Shown piece by piece: positions 18,144 to 27,963 of a DNA stretch of 38,926 nt (the first letter of the stretch is position 1; every line of letters begins with the position of its first letter). The translations under genes were made by a program, and so were the position numbers. This DNA comes from a virus (taxonomy: Duplodnaviria > Caudoviricetes), in IMG/VR virus record IMGVR_UViG_3300029822_001170, positions 1-38,926 of that record. The stretch is one strand, 5' to 3'. The notes under the pieces are model-generated. The model worked only from the letters and a program-made list of their open reading frames with translations. It made no database searches and was not told where the DNA came from.

Positions 18144-19496
18144 ATGAGCGAAAAAGTAAAACATATAGGTGGTATAGGATTCGCAAAAGCTAAAGCCGGA
18201 ATGTATGCTATTAGCGGACTTGATATGACTACCACCTTTGACGTGAATGGTGGTGTTATGGCCGGTGATTGGGAAAAAGATCCGGTTATTTTGGGTGGTG
18301 TGAAAATGGTGCCTTTTGGTGCTAATAATAACATGCCGGCCGAAATGCGTGATCTGCTTGAGCGTAATAATCTTGGCCCTGGAATCCTATCCCGCAAACT
18401 TGGCTTGCAGTATGGCCAGGGTCCGTATCTCTACCAATTGGAGCTGAAAGATAATGAGATTAACAAAACATGGGTTGAAGACAAAGAGATTCAGGATTGG
18501 CTCGATAACTGGGATTACAGGCAGTATGTGCGTGATGCCCTTATTGAGTTTAACCACGGCAATGGCTTTTTTGCTAAGTATTTCTCGGCACGTAGTCGCA
18601 GATTGGGCAAAGCGTTTATTTCTCGCATACAGGCATTGCATTCAACAGATTGCCGGATGGAATATCCTGGCAAGGATAAATCGCTGGAAGATGTTCAGAC
18701 TTTTTATATTGGCAATTTCGAGAGTAATTATCCAAAGAAAGTTGATGCTTACCCGCGCTTTATGCCGGCTGATCCTGCCCGTTATGGTGTGAGTATCGAT
18801 TATCACTCTTTGCGGAGCTGGGGGCATAAGTATTACAGCGTTGCATCGTTTCTTGGTGCCGTGCCATGGGTTAAGCGCGCCAATGATCTGCCTGAGATCA
18901 TTCAGTACCTCACTGAAAATATGATTGCAGCTGCTTATCATGTGCATGTGCCTGCTGAGTATTGGGAGGAAAAAAGAAATCGTGTTATTGAAATGCATCC
19001 TGAAGCATCTGATAATGAAATTGAGGTGAAGATGCAAAAGCTCAGAGATGAACTTACTGAAACAATTGCTAAGGTGCTGAGCGGAAAGAAAAACACCGGT
19101 AAGTTTCTTGAGAGTATTGATTTTACTGATGACCAGGGCAACCGTTGTAGTTGGAAAGTTGAGCAAATTGAGATGAACATTGATAAGTTTATTGAAGCTC
19201 AAAGTAAGATCTCAAATATTGCTGATAGCAGCACAACTTCGGGATTTGGGCTTAACCCTGCATTATCTAATATCATTATTGGTGGTAAGGGTGACAGTGG
19301 AAGCCAAATGATTTATGCTCTTAAAATATTTTATGCTGCCGACACACAGATTGCTGAAGATGTGGTTTTTGAACCTATTAACCGTGCTTTGAGGATTAAT
19401 TTCCCTGGCAAAAACATTGCAATGGGATTGTACCGGAAGGCGGTTAATAAAGAGAATAATGTGACTGCAGGTGACCGAATGACTAATAACATTTAA
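18144..19496 (+). CDS. portal protein
   Basis: 450 aa; VPFGANNNMP, LSGKKNTGKF, GLNPALSNI, SGS motifs; position in the head module. Confidence 0.8.
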   Translation: MSEKVKHIGGIGFAKAKAGMYAISGLDMTTTFDVNGGVMAGDWEKDPVILGGVKMVPFGANNNMPAEMRDLLERNNLGPGILSRKLGLQYGQGPYLYQLELKDNEINKTWVEDKEIQDWLDNWDYRQYVRDALIEFNHGNGFFAKYFSARSRRLGKAFISRIQALHSTDCRMEYPGKDKSLEDVQTFYIGNFESNYPKKVDAYPRFMPADPARYGVSIDYHSLRSWGHKYYSVASFLGAVPWVKRANDLPEIIQYLTENMIAAAYHVHVPAEYWEEKRNRVIEMHPEASDNEIEVKMQKLRDELTETIAKVLSGKKNTGKFLESIDFTDDQGNRCSWKVEQIEMNIDKFIEAQSKISNIADSSTTSGFGLNPALSNIIIGGKGDSGSQMIYALKIFYAADTQIAEDVVFEPINRALRINFPGKNIAMGLYRKAVNKENNVTAGDRMTNNI

Positions 19497-19507
19497 ACTC
19501 TTTGATT

Positions 19508-20476
19508 ATGATTTTCAATAAAGATAATAAAGGTAATGAGGAGCTCAGGAGGCTTACCGGCAACTACTATGCAAACAACGATTTTACTAAGATTAGCCAG
19601 GACATTATACTGGCTGAAGAGGAATTGATTAAGATTGTTGGTACGGGTGTGTATGATCGTGCAAAGGCTTTTTATGACATGACCAGTGAGGCTCAGGAGG
19701 CGCATGAAGATAAAGTTGTTGATGCTGCACTGCTGGAGCGTGTGCAAATGCCAATTGCTATTTATGCAACATTTATGATGTACCGGAAGAATGATATCAG
19801 CCATGAATCAAGTGGTCGCAAATTTAAAATAGATCCTGATAACGAAAAGATTCCCTGGCAGTGGCAACTTGAGCGTGATGATGAAATTCAGCTTGAAAGT
19901 TATTACCGAAGCATTGACAGGCTAATCGACTGGATGGACGAAAAGGAGCTAGAAGAGTGGATGAACACCGATACAAAGAAAGCTATGAGCAAACAGCTCA
20001 TAAAGTCGGCAACAATGTTCAACCAGTATTACCCTATTGACAGATCGAGCCGGTTTTTTGTAATGATATCTCCATTTGTGCGTGAAGTGGAGCGCAAATA
20101 TATTCGTCCTGCACTGGGTAAAGGATTATATGAGAAATACACCGGGTTGGCTACTGATCCACCTTTAACAGATGTTGAGATTGAACTTAAAGAGTGGATT
20201 TACCCGGCAATACCATTACTTACAATGAGTATTGCATTCAGGCGTATGCCACTGGCCCTGATCCCTTTTGGAGTTGTGAGAAACTATAGCAGCCAAACGC
20301 ACACGATGAATAGCAGTAACCCTGCTAGTATTGATGACATATTTGAAATTTCGCGCGACCTGGAGAAACAAGGTCTTGTAGCTATTGGAGAGTTTAAAAA
20401 CGAACGTGCAGGTAGAGATATTTTGTTCCCGTTGCTTCCTAATAATGATCCGAAAAATAAATACATGAAGGTATGA
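19508..20476 (+). CDS. head-tail connector-like protein (DUF6712-like)
   Basis: Follows the portal; two internally similar halves (IKIVG..VY / IRPALG..LY). Confidence 0.6.
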   Translation: MIFNKDNKGNEELRRLTGNYYANNDFTKISQDIILAEEELIKIVGTGVYDRAKAFYDMTSEAQEAHEDKVVDAALLERVQMPIAIYATFMMYRKNDISHESSGRKFKIDPDNEKIPWQWQLERDDEIQLESYYRSIDRLIDWMDEKELEEWMNTDTKKAMSKQLIKSATMFNQYYPIDRSSRFFVMISPFVREVERKYIRPALGKGLYEKYTGLATDPPLTDVEIELKEWIYPAIPLLTMSIAFRRMPLALIPFGVVRNYSSQTHTMNSSNPASIDDIFEISRDLEKQGLVAIGEFKNERAGRDILFPLLPNNDPKNKYMKV

Positions 20477-21609
20477 CATTAATATTAGATCCTCCTGCAT
20501 GGTGGGGAAAGATTCAGAATATTCCGGACATAAGCCTAAGCAGTATGTTTCCGGACCTGTTTGCTAGTCCTGTCACTTCTGCACGGAGCTTTTCAATAAT
20601 AGATTCTTCCGGCACTACAATATTAAGCGAAAGTTACAAGCCTTTTGATGATGAAATTAAAATAAAAGGCCTTAAGGAAGTTCTGTCGATGTATCTGAGG
20701 AGAAAAAATCAAAGTCTTATTATAGGAGGTGCGAACACTCAGATAATGGAGAAATTTACCTTTACCCTGGAAAGTGACAGCAAACAGGGTGATGTACTAT
20801 ATAGTCGGATGAAATCAAATATTCCGGCTGAAAAGTTGAAAGGTGAACTGTTCCTCACTACTCAGCATCTTAAGAAAGTTACAATGCCTCAGGCAAAGGA
20901 ATTCCTGACATACTTTTTTAAGACAACCGGAACAGCTGTAAGTGCAAGAATGTATTACTATCGGAATGGACAGATAATGAATACTAATTATGTGTCGATA
21001 GAAAGCGGAAAAACGGGGTTCTATGCATTTGACACTTCTTTTGACAGAATTAAAAGTTACTTCCCGACTATTGCTTCTGATGAGTGCTTGTTTTATCGTG
21101 TTGGTAATGATAGCTATAATCTGGAGTATTTGATTGACCGGTCATCATATCCAAATCTGACTCAATTTGTATTTATGAATAATTTCGGGGTACCGGAGAC
21201 ATTATTCATACGTGGTGAAGTGATTCAGAATGTAGATGCAAAGTTTAGTGAGGGAAAAGTTCAGCGAATATCGCACAAATGGGATCTGAAGGAAAATGAA
21301 ATATTTGAGGCCAGTACCGGTAAGATTTTTAATCGCGATGAATACCTCATGTGGCGAGATCTGTTCATGAGTCCTGATGTGTACATTTATGTAAATGGTA
21401 CGCCTCGTAAAGTATTTGTAACAGAATCTAAGAACAGCATCAACCGTTTGAAAGGAGTTAATAAATCGCTCACTTTCTCATTCAGGTTTGCTGAAGAAAA
21501 CGACACCTGGGATTACATGCGATATCTTGAGTGGATCCTTGAGTATGGTGTTTGGAATGACCAGGGCATTTGGTTGGATAGTGGAAGGTGGAATGATAAT
21601 GAACTTTAA
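20473..21609 (+). CDS. structural (tail) protein with a Trp-rich C-terminal motif
   Basis: FMNNFGVPET, DLFMSPDV; ends WILEYGVWNDQGIWLDSGRWND. Confidence 0.65.
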   Translation: MTLILDPPAWWGKIQNIPDISLSSMFPDLFASPVTSARSFSIIDSSGTTILSESYKPFDDEIKIKGLKEVLSMYLRRKNQSLIIGGANTQIMEKFTFTLESDSKQGDVLYSRMKSNIPAEKLKGELFLTTQHLKKVTMPQAKEFLTYFFKTTGTAVSARMYYYRNGQIMNTNYVSIESGKTGFYAFDTSFDRIKSYFPTIASDECLFYRVGNDSYNLEYLIDRSSYPNLTQFVFMNNFGVPETLFIRGEVIQNVDAKFSEGKVQRISHKWDLKENEIFEASTGKIFNRDEYLMWRDLFMSPDVYIYVNGTPRKVFVTESKNSINRLKGVNKSLTFSFRFAEENDTWDYMRYLEWILEYGVWNDQGIWLDSGRWNDNEL

Positions 21610-21623
21610 AGTTAACTAGTTAG

Positions 21624-22076
21624 ATGGAAGATCAGAAGATGAAAGATATTGAGTTCCTGTTTCAGGATGAAGTGCTAAGTCAGCATGGCGAATACCTGGT
21701 TGATTTATTGCAGGAAGAAATTGAAAGAAAGGATCTGATTGATAAAGAAATTCTTGTAAACTCATTAGACTACAGCACATCATCAATTCAAAATGGGAGA
21801 CATAAGTTCTTAGACATCAAATTTCCTGACTATGGCAGATATATTGAAATAAGAAAGAATAAACGCAAACGCCAATCCAAATTTGACACAAACACTAATC
21901 GTGATATCTGGGGTATAAGAGAGAACTCTATGAAGAGAAAAAATACTGACTGGTATAGTAAAAATGCATACAGAAGTATAAACAGATTACTTGGAACGCT
22001 CATGTATGAGTTCACTGATCAGGAGATAGCACGATTAAAAGGAATAATTGCAAACAGAATTAACTTAACGATATGA
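21624..22076 (+). CDS. neck/tail-completion-like protein
   Basis: 150 aa; FPDYGRYIE, WYSKN; directly before the tape measure. Confidence 0.55.
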   Translation: MEDQKMKDIEFLFQDEVLSQHGEYLVDLLQEEIERKDLIDKEILVNSLDYSTSSIQNGRHKFLDIKFPDYGRYIEIRKNKRKRQSKFDTNTNRDIWGIRENSMKRKNTDWYSKNAYRSINRLLGTLMYEFTDQEIARLKGIIANRINLTI

Positions 22077-25000
22077 GCTTAAAGATAGATAGAGTACAGC
22101 TTGAGTTTATGATCAATAATGATCCTGCTCGAAAGAAAATTCATGAACTTGACAAGCAAATAGGTGATCTGAACACAGCACTTAAAGGCATGAAAAAGAA
22201 TAGTGAAGAGTATGCTAATACTAAGAAAAAAATAAAAGAGCTTCGTGCTGAACAGGATAAGGTTAGGGATTCCATCGGAATTACTAATATGACAATGAAG
22301 GAGTTGATTAAGACTCAGAAAAGCATTAATTCTTTGCTCACACAGTTAAGGCCAGGCACTAAAGAGTACGAAGAACTGGAAAAACAAGCTGCAGCAGTTA
22401 ATAACCGCATGAAAGAGTTGAAAGATAACTCAAAGGGTGTTCAACAGCAACTTAATGCAGTACCTTCCGGTAAAGGGGGTTTTCTCACCGTTTTAAAAGG
22501 TGTGTTTGCCGGTAATATGCTTACAAAGGGAGCAATGATGTTGGCAGATTTAGCCAATAAAGCACGTGCTTTTATTCAGCAAGGTGTGGAAATGGCGGCA
22601 GCAGCACAGGGTATTGACCATGCTTTTAATCGTATTGCAAACAGAGATTATTTGAATGAATTAAGGAAACAAACAAAGGGGTTAGTTTCTGATCTGTCGT
22701 TAATGACCTTGGCTGTTAGAGCTGAGAACTTTGATATACCACTATCACAACTGGGCAAATTGCTGCAGTTTGCTCAAAACAGAGCACGTGATACCGGTGA
22801 GAGTGTGGACTATCTTTCTGAATCAATCATCATGGGTATTGGTCGTAAATCTCCACTCATCCTGGATAACCTTGGAATATCAGCAGTTAGGATTCGCGAA
22901 GAATTTAAGAAGTCTGGCGACATGGCCACTGCAGTAGGCAATATAATAAAAGAGGAAATGGCTGAAGCAGGTGAAGTGATAGATACTGCTGCTGATGCTG
23001 CAACTCGCAAAAAAGTTGCCTGGGAGAATCTGCAGTTAGCTACCGGCAACTTCTTTATAAAGTTTAAATCGGGGTGGGATGATTTTACTACACGATTTGC
23101 TGAAGGGTTGACTAAATTAATTCAAGGACAGGAAGAATCATCTAAGCAGTTTGAGGACCAGATTAAAAAGGTTGCAGATTTAAATATGACTTTACCAGGG
23201 CTCATTGATAGGTATGAAGAGTTGAGAGGAAAAGCAGCATTAAACAAAGATGAGCAAAAAGAGTTGAATGAAGTTATAGGAAAGCTAAACGATGCTGTTC
23301 CGAGTGCTGCTATAGAATTTGACAAGTATGGAAATGTTCTTGATATAAATACTGCAAAAATTCGTGAGTTTATTGCTGCTGAGACTGCCAAGCTGGAGGT
23401 GATGAATAGAAGTGCCATTGCTGAAGAAACTAAGAATCTTGAGAAGTATCGAGAAGAATTAGATTTAGTACTCGAAACAAGACAAAGAGGTACAGAGAAA
23501 AGGTATAGATGGGGTACAGAAGAAGATGTTGTTTTAACAGATGATCAATTGAAAGATCTTGATAAACGTTCAGCAGAGCTTGAAAAACTTGTACTGGGCA
23601 CAGAAACATATCTGAATGAACTTACAGGAAAATCTTCAGCCGAAAGGGTGCAACAAAGAGAAGAAGAACTGAGGCAGGAAGCCCAGTTTAATAAAATGAG
23701 TGAAGTGCAGTTAAAGAAATGGATTGAAAATAATCGTGATACTGCAAATGAATATCTTGCCATTGCTCAGAAGGTATATAATAGATTTGCCAATGTTGAT
23801 CCTGATGGGCAGGATAAGGAAAAGAAAAACAAAACAAAAGAGGCGGATCCATTTAAAGAAGAATTGGACTTACTAAAAAGGGTTCAACAGGAAGAACTTC
23901 TTGTATTAAAACAGAGCCTGCTTGCAAAAGATGTTACTGAAGAAGAGTTTAGAGAGATCTCATTTCAGAAAGAATATGCCCATCTCTTGGAGATGAAGAA
24001 GCTTTATGAGAAATTCGGCCAGGACACTATTGATGTTGATATGCAGATTACGGATCAGCTAATTGGTGAGGTGAACCGTAAATATAAATTAGAACAAGAT
24101 GCGGCTAAGGAAAACGAAAGGGAGCTGGCTGCAATAAGGAAAGATGCGGAAGATACAAAGGCCAAAGAAGCAAAAGCATTAGCCGATAAAACGGAAGAAG
24201 AAGCAAAAGAGGCAGCTGCTAAGCGTAGAGAAATGATGGATGGTGTTGCTAATGAACACAAAGAATTCATTGATATTCTGTACGATTTGAATATAGAGTG
24301 GCTAAATAATTTTCTGGATGAATATAGTGATGCTGCATCTGCAATGGCCACAATGGGGTCAAACATCATAAACACTGCTATGAACCTCAATAGGGCGGAA
24401 GAAATGGCAGTTGAGAGAAAATATGACAAAATGATTGAAGCTGCAGGTAAAAATTCACGTCAGGCGGCTAAACTGGAAGAGGAGAAAGAAAAGAAACTTA
24501 ATGAGATCCGTGCGAAGTATGCCGACAAACAGTTTATTGTTACTATTGCCAATGTAATTGCATCGACTGCAGCAAGTGCAATGGAGGCATTTAAAGCTAT
24601 GGCTGGCATTCCTGTTGTAGGCCCTGTTCTTGGCGGAATTGCAGCAGCAGCTGCTGTAGCTTTTGGTGCTTCACAGATTGCAGTTGCCAAACAACAGCGT
24701 GATGCTGCTAAGGCAGGTTATAGATCGGGTGGTTATACCGGTTCCGGAAAAGATGATGAAGAAGCCGGTGTTGTGCATAGGAATGAATTTGTGAACACGG
24801 CTGATGCTGTGAGAAACCCACATGTGAAAAGATTTCTCGATGTTTTTAATGTGGCCCAGAAAGATGGCACTATTAGAATGCTTAATACAAGTCAGATCTT
24901 GGAGCGTGCAAGACTTGATGCTGCATCACCAGCAAAACAGACGGTTTATTCTGAACCCACACCAACAAATGATTTAGCACAGCTTGAAACTTTGAACCAA

Positions 25001-25135
25001 TTGAAAGAAAGCATCAACCGTTTTACTGAAAAGCTTAATGATCCTATACAAACATATACCGTGATTCATGGTCAAAATGGAGCGAGAAAACGGAATGATA
25101 TGTATGATCGGATTATGAGAAATGCGAGATTATAA
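22073..25135 (+). CDS. tail tape measure protein
   Basis: 1020 aa coiled coil; GIGRKSPLILDNLGIS; Ala-rich hydrophobic segment; GYRSGGYTG...AGVVHRNEFV. Confidence 0.92.
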   Translation: MSLKIDRVQLEFMINNDPARKKIHELDKQIGDLNTALKGMKKNSEEYANTKKKIKELRAEQDKVRDSIGITNMTMKELIKTQKSINSLLTQLRPGTKEYEELEKQAAAVNNRMKELKDNSKGVQQQLNAVPSGKGGFLTVLKGVFAGNMLTKGAMMLADLANKARAFIQQGVEMAAAAQGIDHAFNRIANRDYLNELRKQTKGLVSDLSLMTLAVRAENFDIPLSQLGKLLQFAQNRARDTGESVDYLSESIIMGIGRKSPLILDNLGISAVRIREEFKKSGDMATAVGNIIKEEMAEAGEVIDTAADAATRKKVAWENLQLATGNFFIKFKSGWDDFTTRFAEGLTKLIQGQEESSKQFEDQIKKVADLNMTLPGLIDRYEELRGKAALNKDEQKELNEVIGKLNDAVPSAAIEFDKYGNVLDINTAKIREFIAAETAKLEVMNRSAIAEETKNLEKYREELDLVLETRQRGTEKRYRWGTEEDVVLTDDQLKDLDKRSAELEKLVLGTETYLNELTGKSSAERVQQREEELRQEAQFNKMSEVQLKKWIENNRDTANEYLAIAQKVYNRFANVDPDGQDKEKKNKTKEADPFKEELDLLKRVQQEELLVLKQSLLAKDVTEEEFREISFQKEYAHLLEMKKLYEKFGQDTIDVDMQITDQLIGEVNRKYKLEQDAAKENERELAAIRKDAEDTKAKEAKALADKTEEEAKEAAAKRREMMDGVANEHKEFIDILYDLNIEWLNNFLDEYSDAASAMATMGSNIINTAMNLNRAEEMAVERKYDKMIEAAGKNSRQAAKLEEEKEKKLNEIRAKYADKQFIVTIANVIASTAASAMEAFKAMAGIPVVGPVLGGIAAAAAVAFGASQIAVAKQQRDAAKAGYRSGGYTGSGKDDEEAGVVHRNEFVNTADAVRNPHVKRFLDVFNVAQKDGTIRMLNTSQILERARLDAASPAKQTVYSEPTPTNDLAQLETLNQLKESINRFTEKLNDPIQTYTVIHGQNGARKRNDMYDRIMRNARL

Positions 25136-25159
25136 TTAATGTTTTAAAGTTGTTTCATT

Positions 25160-25194
25160 AACCTGCATTGCTTAATTGTTGATGCAGGTTTTTT
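25160..25194 (+). terminator. intrinsic terminator
   Basis: AACCTGCATT...GATGCAGGTT plus T-run. Confidence 0.75.
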
Positions 25195-25282
25195 GTGTAT
25201 TAATAAATATATGTTAACTTGCATTGCCAAAAAACATTAAAGCTGCATTTGCAGCAAAAACATTTAAAACCCTAATAATAAA

Positions 25283-25801
25283 ATGATTAACAACTTTATT
25301 GAATTTAATGGTGAAAAGATTCTTTTTGCCAGAATCAGCGGTAAATACTGGGTAAGCATAAAGTCTGTATGTGAGGCTATTAAGGTTAATTATAACCGTC
25401 AGTTCCAGAACATTCAGGGTGATCCTATTTTAGGAGCTGCATTTGCTAATCAGCAAATACAGGTACCTGGTGATCAGGTCAGAAATATGGCATGTTTGCC
25501 GGAATATTTAATATATGGATGGGTGTTTTCGATTAAAAGCAATAGCCCGGAACTACTTGAATATAAAAAAGAGTGCTATTCTGTTTTGTATAATCATTTT
25601 CATGGAGCCATTACCAGAAAAGCAGAAATGTATAGTGAAATGGCTCAGACAAAAAATAAAATGAATGAACTACAGGAAAGGCTTAATGCAGTTCCTGAAT
25701 ACACAGAGTTAACTGAAATGAAAATGAGATACGCAAGATTATGGAAAAATTTAAAAGATACATCTGATATGGGTGATCTGTTTATAGAAGAAAACATTTA
25801 A
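25283..25801 (+). CDS. phage antirepressor, P22_AR N-terminal domain
   Basis: WVSIKSVCEAIKVNY..Q...I..DPIL....M.CLP...I.GW.FSI; YKKECY.VLYNHF. Confidence 0.85.
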   Translation: MINNFIEFNGEKILFARISGKYWVSIKSVCEAIKVNYNRQFQNIQGDPILGAAFANQQIQVPGDQVRNMACLPEYLIYGWVFSIKSNSPELLEYKKECYSVLYNHFHGAITRKAEMYSEMAQTKNKMNELQERLNAVPEYTELTEMKMRYARLWKNLKDTSDMGDLFIEENI

Positions 25802-25812
25802 AATTCAGACAC

Positions 25813-26331
25813 ATGAAAAAATTATTATTTGCTGCTTTAATTGTAATTATAAGTTCAGGTTGTACTAATGAGTATAAAGCGAAGAAAACCATTGAAAAAT
25901 ATTTGAGTGAAAGGTTGCACGACTGGAAAAGTTATGAGAGCGTATCTTTTGGAGAGATAGATTCTTTATTTCAAATGATGCCTGATGATCCATTTTATAA
26001 AATTGCTGAATATAAAAAAAGTGAATACATTGATTTAGTTAATAAATCTTTGGATGAATTTGATCTTTATAAGGACATTTATTCTGACTATTCATTTCGG
26101 AAACAAGGTATTATTTTGGACGAAGCAAAAATATATAGAGACAGCGCATTAAAATATACTGCTTATGTTGATTCATTTATGGTTGAATTTGAACCTTATT
26201 TCATTGGTTGGAAAGTAGATCATTCTTATAGAGCAAATAATGCAGGAGGTAATAAAGTTATAGGTCATTATAGATTTCACTTAGATGAGAAACTTGAAAA
26301 TGTGATTGAAGTGATTGATTTGAGCGATTAA
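25813..26331 (+). CDS. accessory lipoprotein
   Basis: MKK-hydrophobic-ISSG|C lipobox; HSYRANNAGG. Confidence 0.8.
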   Translation: MKKLLFAALIVIISSGCTNEYKAKKTIEKYLSERLHDWKSYESVSFGEIDSLFQMMPDDPFYKIAEYKKSEYIDLVNKSLDEFDLYKDIYSDYSFRKQGIILDEAKIYRDSALKYTAYVDSFMVEFEPYFIGWKVDHSYRANNAGGNKVIGHYRFHLDEKLENVIEVIDLSD

Positions 26332-26358
26332 TTTATACGAGATATAAATTCATTATGC

Positions 26359-26388
26359 AAAGCTTCGGTACTATCCGGGGCTTTTTTT
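26359..26388 (+). terminator. intrinsic terminator
   Basis: AAAGCTTCGG-tactat-CCGGGGCTTT plus T-run. Confidence 0.75.
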
Positions 26389-26389
26389 G

Positions 26390-26422
26390 CTCTTACCTGA
26401 CTCTTACCTAACACTTACCTTG
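26390..26422. repeat. three tandem 11-bp repeats
   Basis: CTCTTACCTGA CTCTTACCTAA CACTTACCTTG. Confidence 0.8.
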
Positions 26423-26493
26423 TCCTTATAAACTCCTTTTATATAAGGTTAAAATAAGAAGAAGAACAATACAAGTAGAAAATATGGTAATTA

Positions 26494-27276
26494 CTATGCT
26501 TGGGGGTTTTCTAGTGTAGAATTAACCCATACAAACGGGATTTCATGTTCAGATGCTTTTTTAAACATACAGTTATAATCTAACTCCGGATCATCTGAAT
26601 ATAAACGCATTTCAGCATTCACTGCTTTTGGTACATATCCAAGTTTAACATCTTCATAATATATAGCTATAGCATTTTCATCATATTCATTTTCAGGTTC
26701 AGCAATTAAAGTTAGTTCATCACCTCTTTCAAGTGTTTTAATTATTTCCCAGGCTTCCGGTTCAACATATTTTGTACCGGTAATTTGATAATCAAACATC
26801 CCATCTTCATTAGTAGAATAAGTAGTTGTTTTGATTTTTACATTATTTGAAGATTCTCTCTCTGTATTGCTATATAATATGAGTTCTGCTATTGCATAAT
26901 CATCCGTTTTTTGAAAGGACTCCTGCTGGTTAAATTTATTGTAGCGTTCTTTTATCTTTTTGTTTAGGTCTTGATTGTTTGTAAAATTTTCAATCTGGTA
27001 CTCAAAAGATTGTTTTGCTATTTGAAAAAGATCTTCATGAACACTACCAGATTCTTCAAGAGTATCAATTATTTGATTAATCAACTTAATTTTCTCATCA
27101 TTCAGTAATTCTGTAGAGCAAAGGGTTTTGACACCAACACCAATAAGTTCATTGCGTATAGATTTCATTTTATTGATACGCTCTTCTTCTTCACGTTTCA
27201 TTTTAGCCATTAGCAACTCGGCTTCCTTAAGTTCTTTTTCTTGTTTTTGTGCTTTTCGTTTTTTAAACCAGTTCAT
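26494..27276 (-). CDS. HIRAN-domain protein
   Basis: ITGTKY...L.RGDELTLIAEPENEYDENAIAIY....KLGYVPK; start reassigned to ATG 27276 because the upstream 35 codons overlap the structured leader. Confidence 0.85.
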   Translation of the reverse strand: MNWFKKRKAQKQEKELKEAELLMAKMKREEEERINKMKSIRNELIGVGVKTLCSTELLNDEKIKLINQIIDTLEESGSVHEDLFQIAKQSFEYQIENFTNNQDLNKKIKERYNKFNQQESFQKTDDYAIAELILYSNTERESSNNVKIKTTTYSTNEDGMFDYQITGTKYVEPEAWEIIKTLERGDELTLIAEPENEYDENAIAIYYEDVKLGYVPKAVNAEMRLYSDDPELDYNCMFKKASEHEIPFVWVNSTLENPQA

Positions 27277-27402
27277 AGTAATTAAATATCGAAACCTCTT
27301 AAGCGTGCGCCCACCGGGATTGAGTACCGGAATCCGATTATTACGGATTACACGCCTGAGAGGCTTCTTTTTATGTATCAATTTGTGGGCAAAACAAAGA
27401 TA
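27274..27402 (-). ncRNA. promoter plus structured 5' leader RNA, copy B
   Basis: Reverse complement aligns with 14361-14486, including the -7 box, stems and TACTATGAA start context. Confidence 0.65.
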
Positions 27403-27494
27403 CTAAAGATTATACTGAGTCTTACTTTGTTAAAGATATGTTGCACAACATAAAAAACATCTCCTTAAATCTAATTTTTTCCAAATTGTATTAT

Positions 27495-27703
27495 TATCTT
27501 TGTGTCACGTTACAATCAAGAGGCGGGATAAGCTCGCCAACTCAGCGGGCATTTTTTATGCTTTGCAATATCATAAATATATGGGTTTCGACCCCCGTGT
27601 CGTGTGTTAATGCACCGACTGCCTCTTGAGGTGTAACGTAACGGGAAAGCGAAACCCTCTTTTTATTTCGCAAAGTTTAAATCATTTAAAACGTTACAAA
27701 ATG
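27495..27703 (+). ncRNA. C4-antisense-like regulatory leader
   Basis: TATCTTTG -7 box; ACGTTACA at 27507 and 27691 both complementary to TGTAACGT at 27632; TCAAGAGGC/GCCTCTTGA; GGGTTTCG/CGAAACCC stem. Confidence 0.6.
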
Positions 27704-27961
27704 AGTAAAACAATTACGGCAGTGATGCCACAGAGAGCTCGCACCAGGCGTGAACCAAATCACGATCGCGAACAAATGAGAGACACTACCCTTGGCGCTT
27801 TTAAGCGTAATCTGCAAACACTTCTTGAGGCTATTGATGGAGAGGATGAACAGTTGCCGGTTCGTATGTTAATTGAAAGGAAATATCGCTACAATGCAAT
27901 TTCCTGTTGGACCGGAGAGGCCTTTATTACATTCACAATTGATAAAGACAGGAGGTTTTGA
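27701..27961 (+). CDS. hypothetical protein (first gene behind the C4-like leader)
   Basis: ATG at 27701 (MSKTITAVMP...) preferred over TTG at 27626, which lies inside the RNA structure. Confidence 0.65.
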   Translation: MSKTITAVMPQRARTRREPNHDREQMRDTTLGAFKRNLQTLLEAIDGEDEQLPVRMLIERKYRYNAISCWTGEAFITFTIDKDRRF

Positions 27962-27963
27962 TT

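Noticed and set aside
18387-24690. Numerous minus-strand and alternate-frame ORFs within the portal and tape measure genes
   Set aside because: Shadow ORFs of long coding genes, with no motifs or promoters.
26390-26422. CRISPR array
   Set aside because: The repeats are 11 bp, tandem and without spacers, and no cas genes are present.
26422-26456. Fifth late promoter (GTCCTTAT)
   Set aside because: Core mismatch, no -7 octamer 27 nt downstream, and no plus-strand gene follows.
14361-27402. Leader copies A and B as ends of a 13-kb invertible segment
   Set aside because: The copies are diverged with differences mostly in loops, and each has its own promoter and start codon, which fits RNA-structure conservation. 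Inversion would reverse the portal to tape-measure block relative to the other late genes.
27277-27700. ORFs 27128..27406 and 27438..27629, and the N-terminal extensions of 26494..27381 and 27626..27961
   Set aside because: They overlap divergent promoters and structured leaders. Better ATG starts exist at 27276 and 27701.
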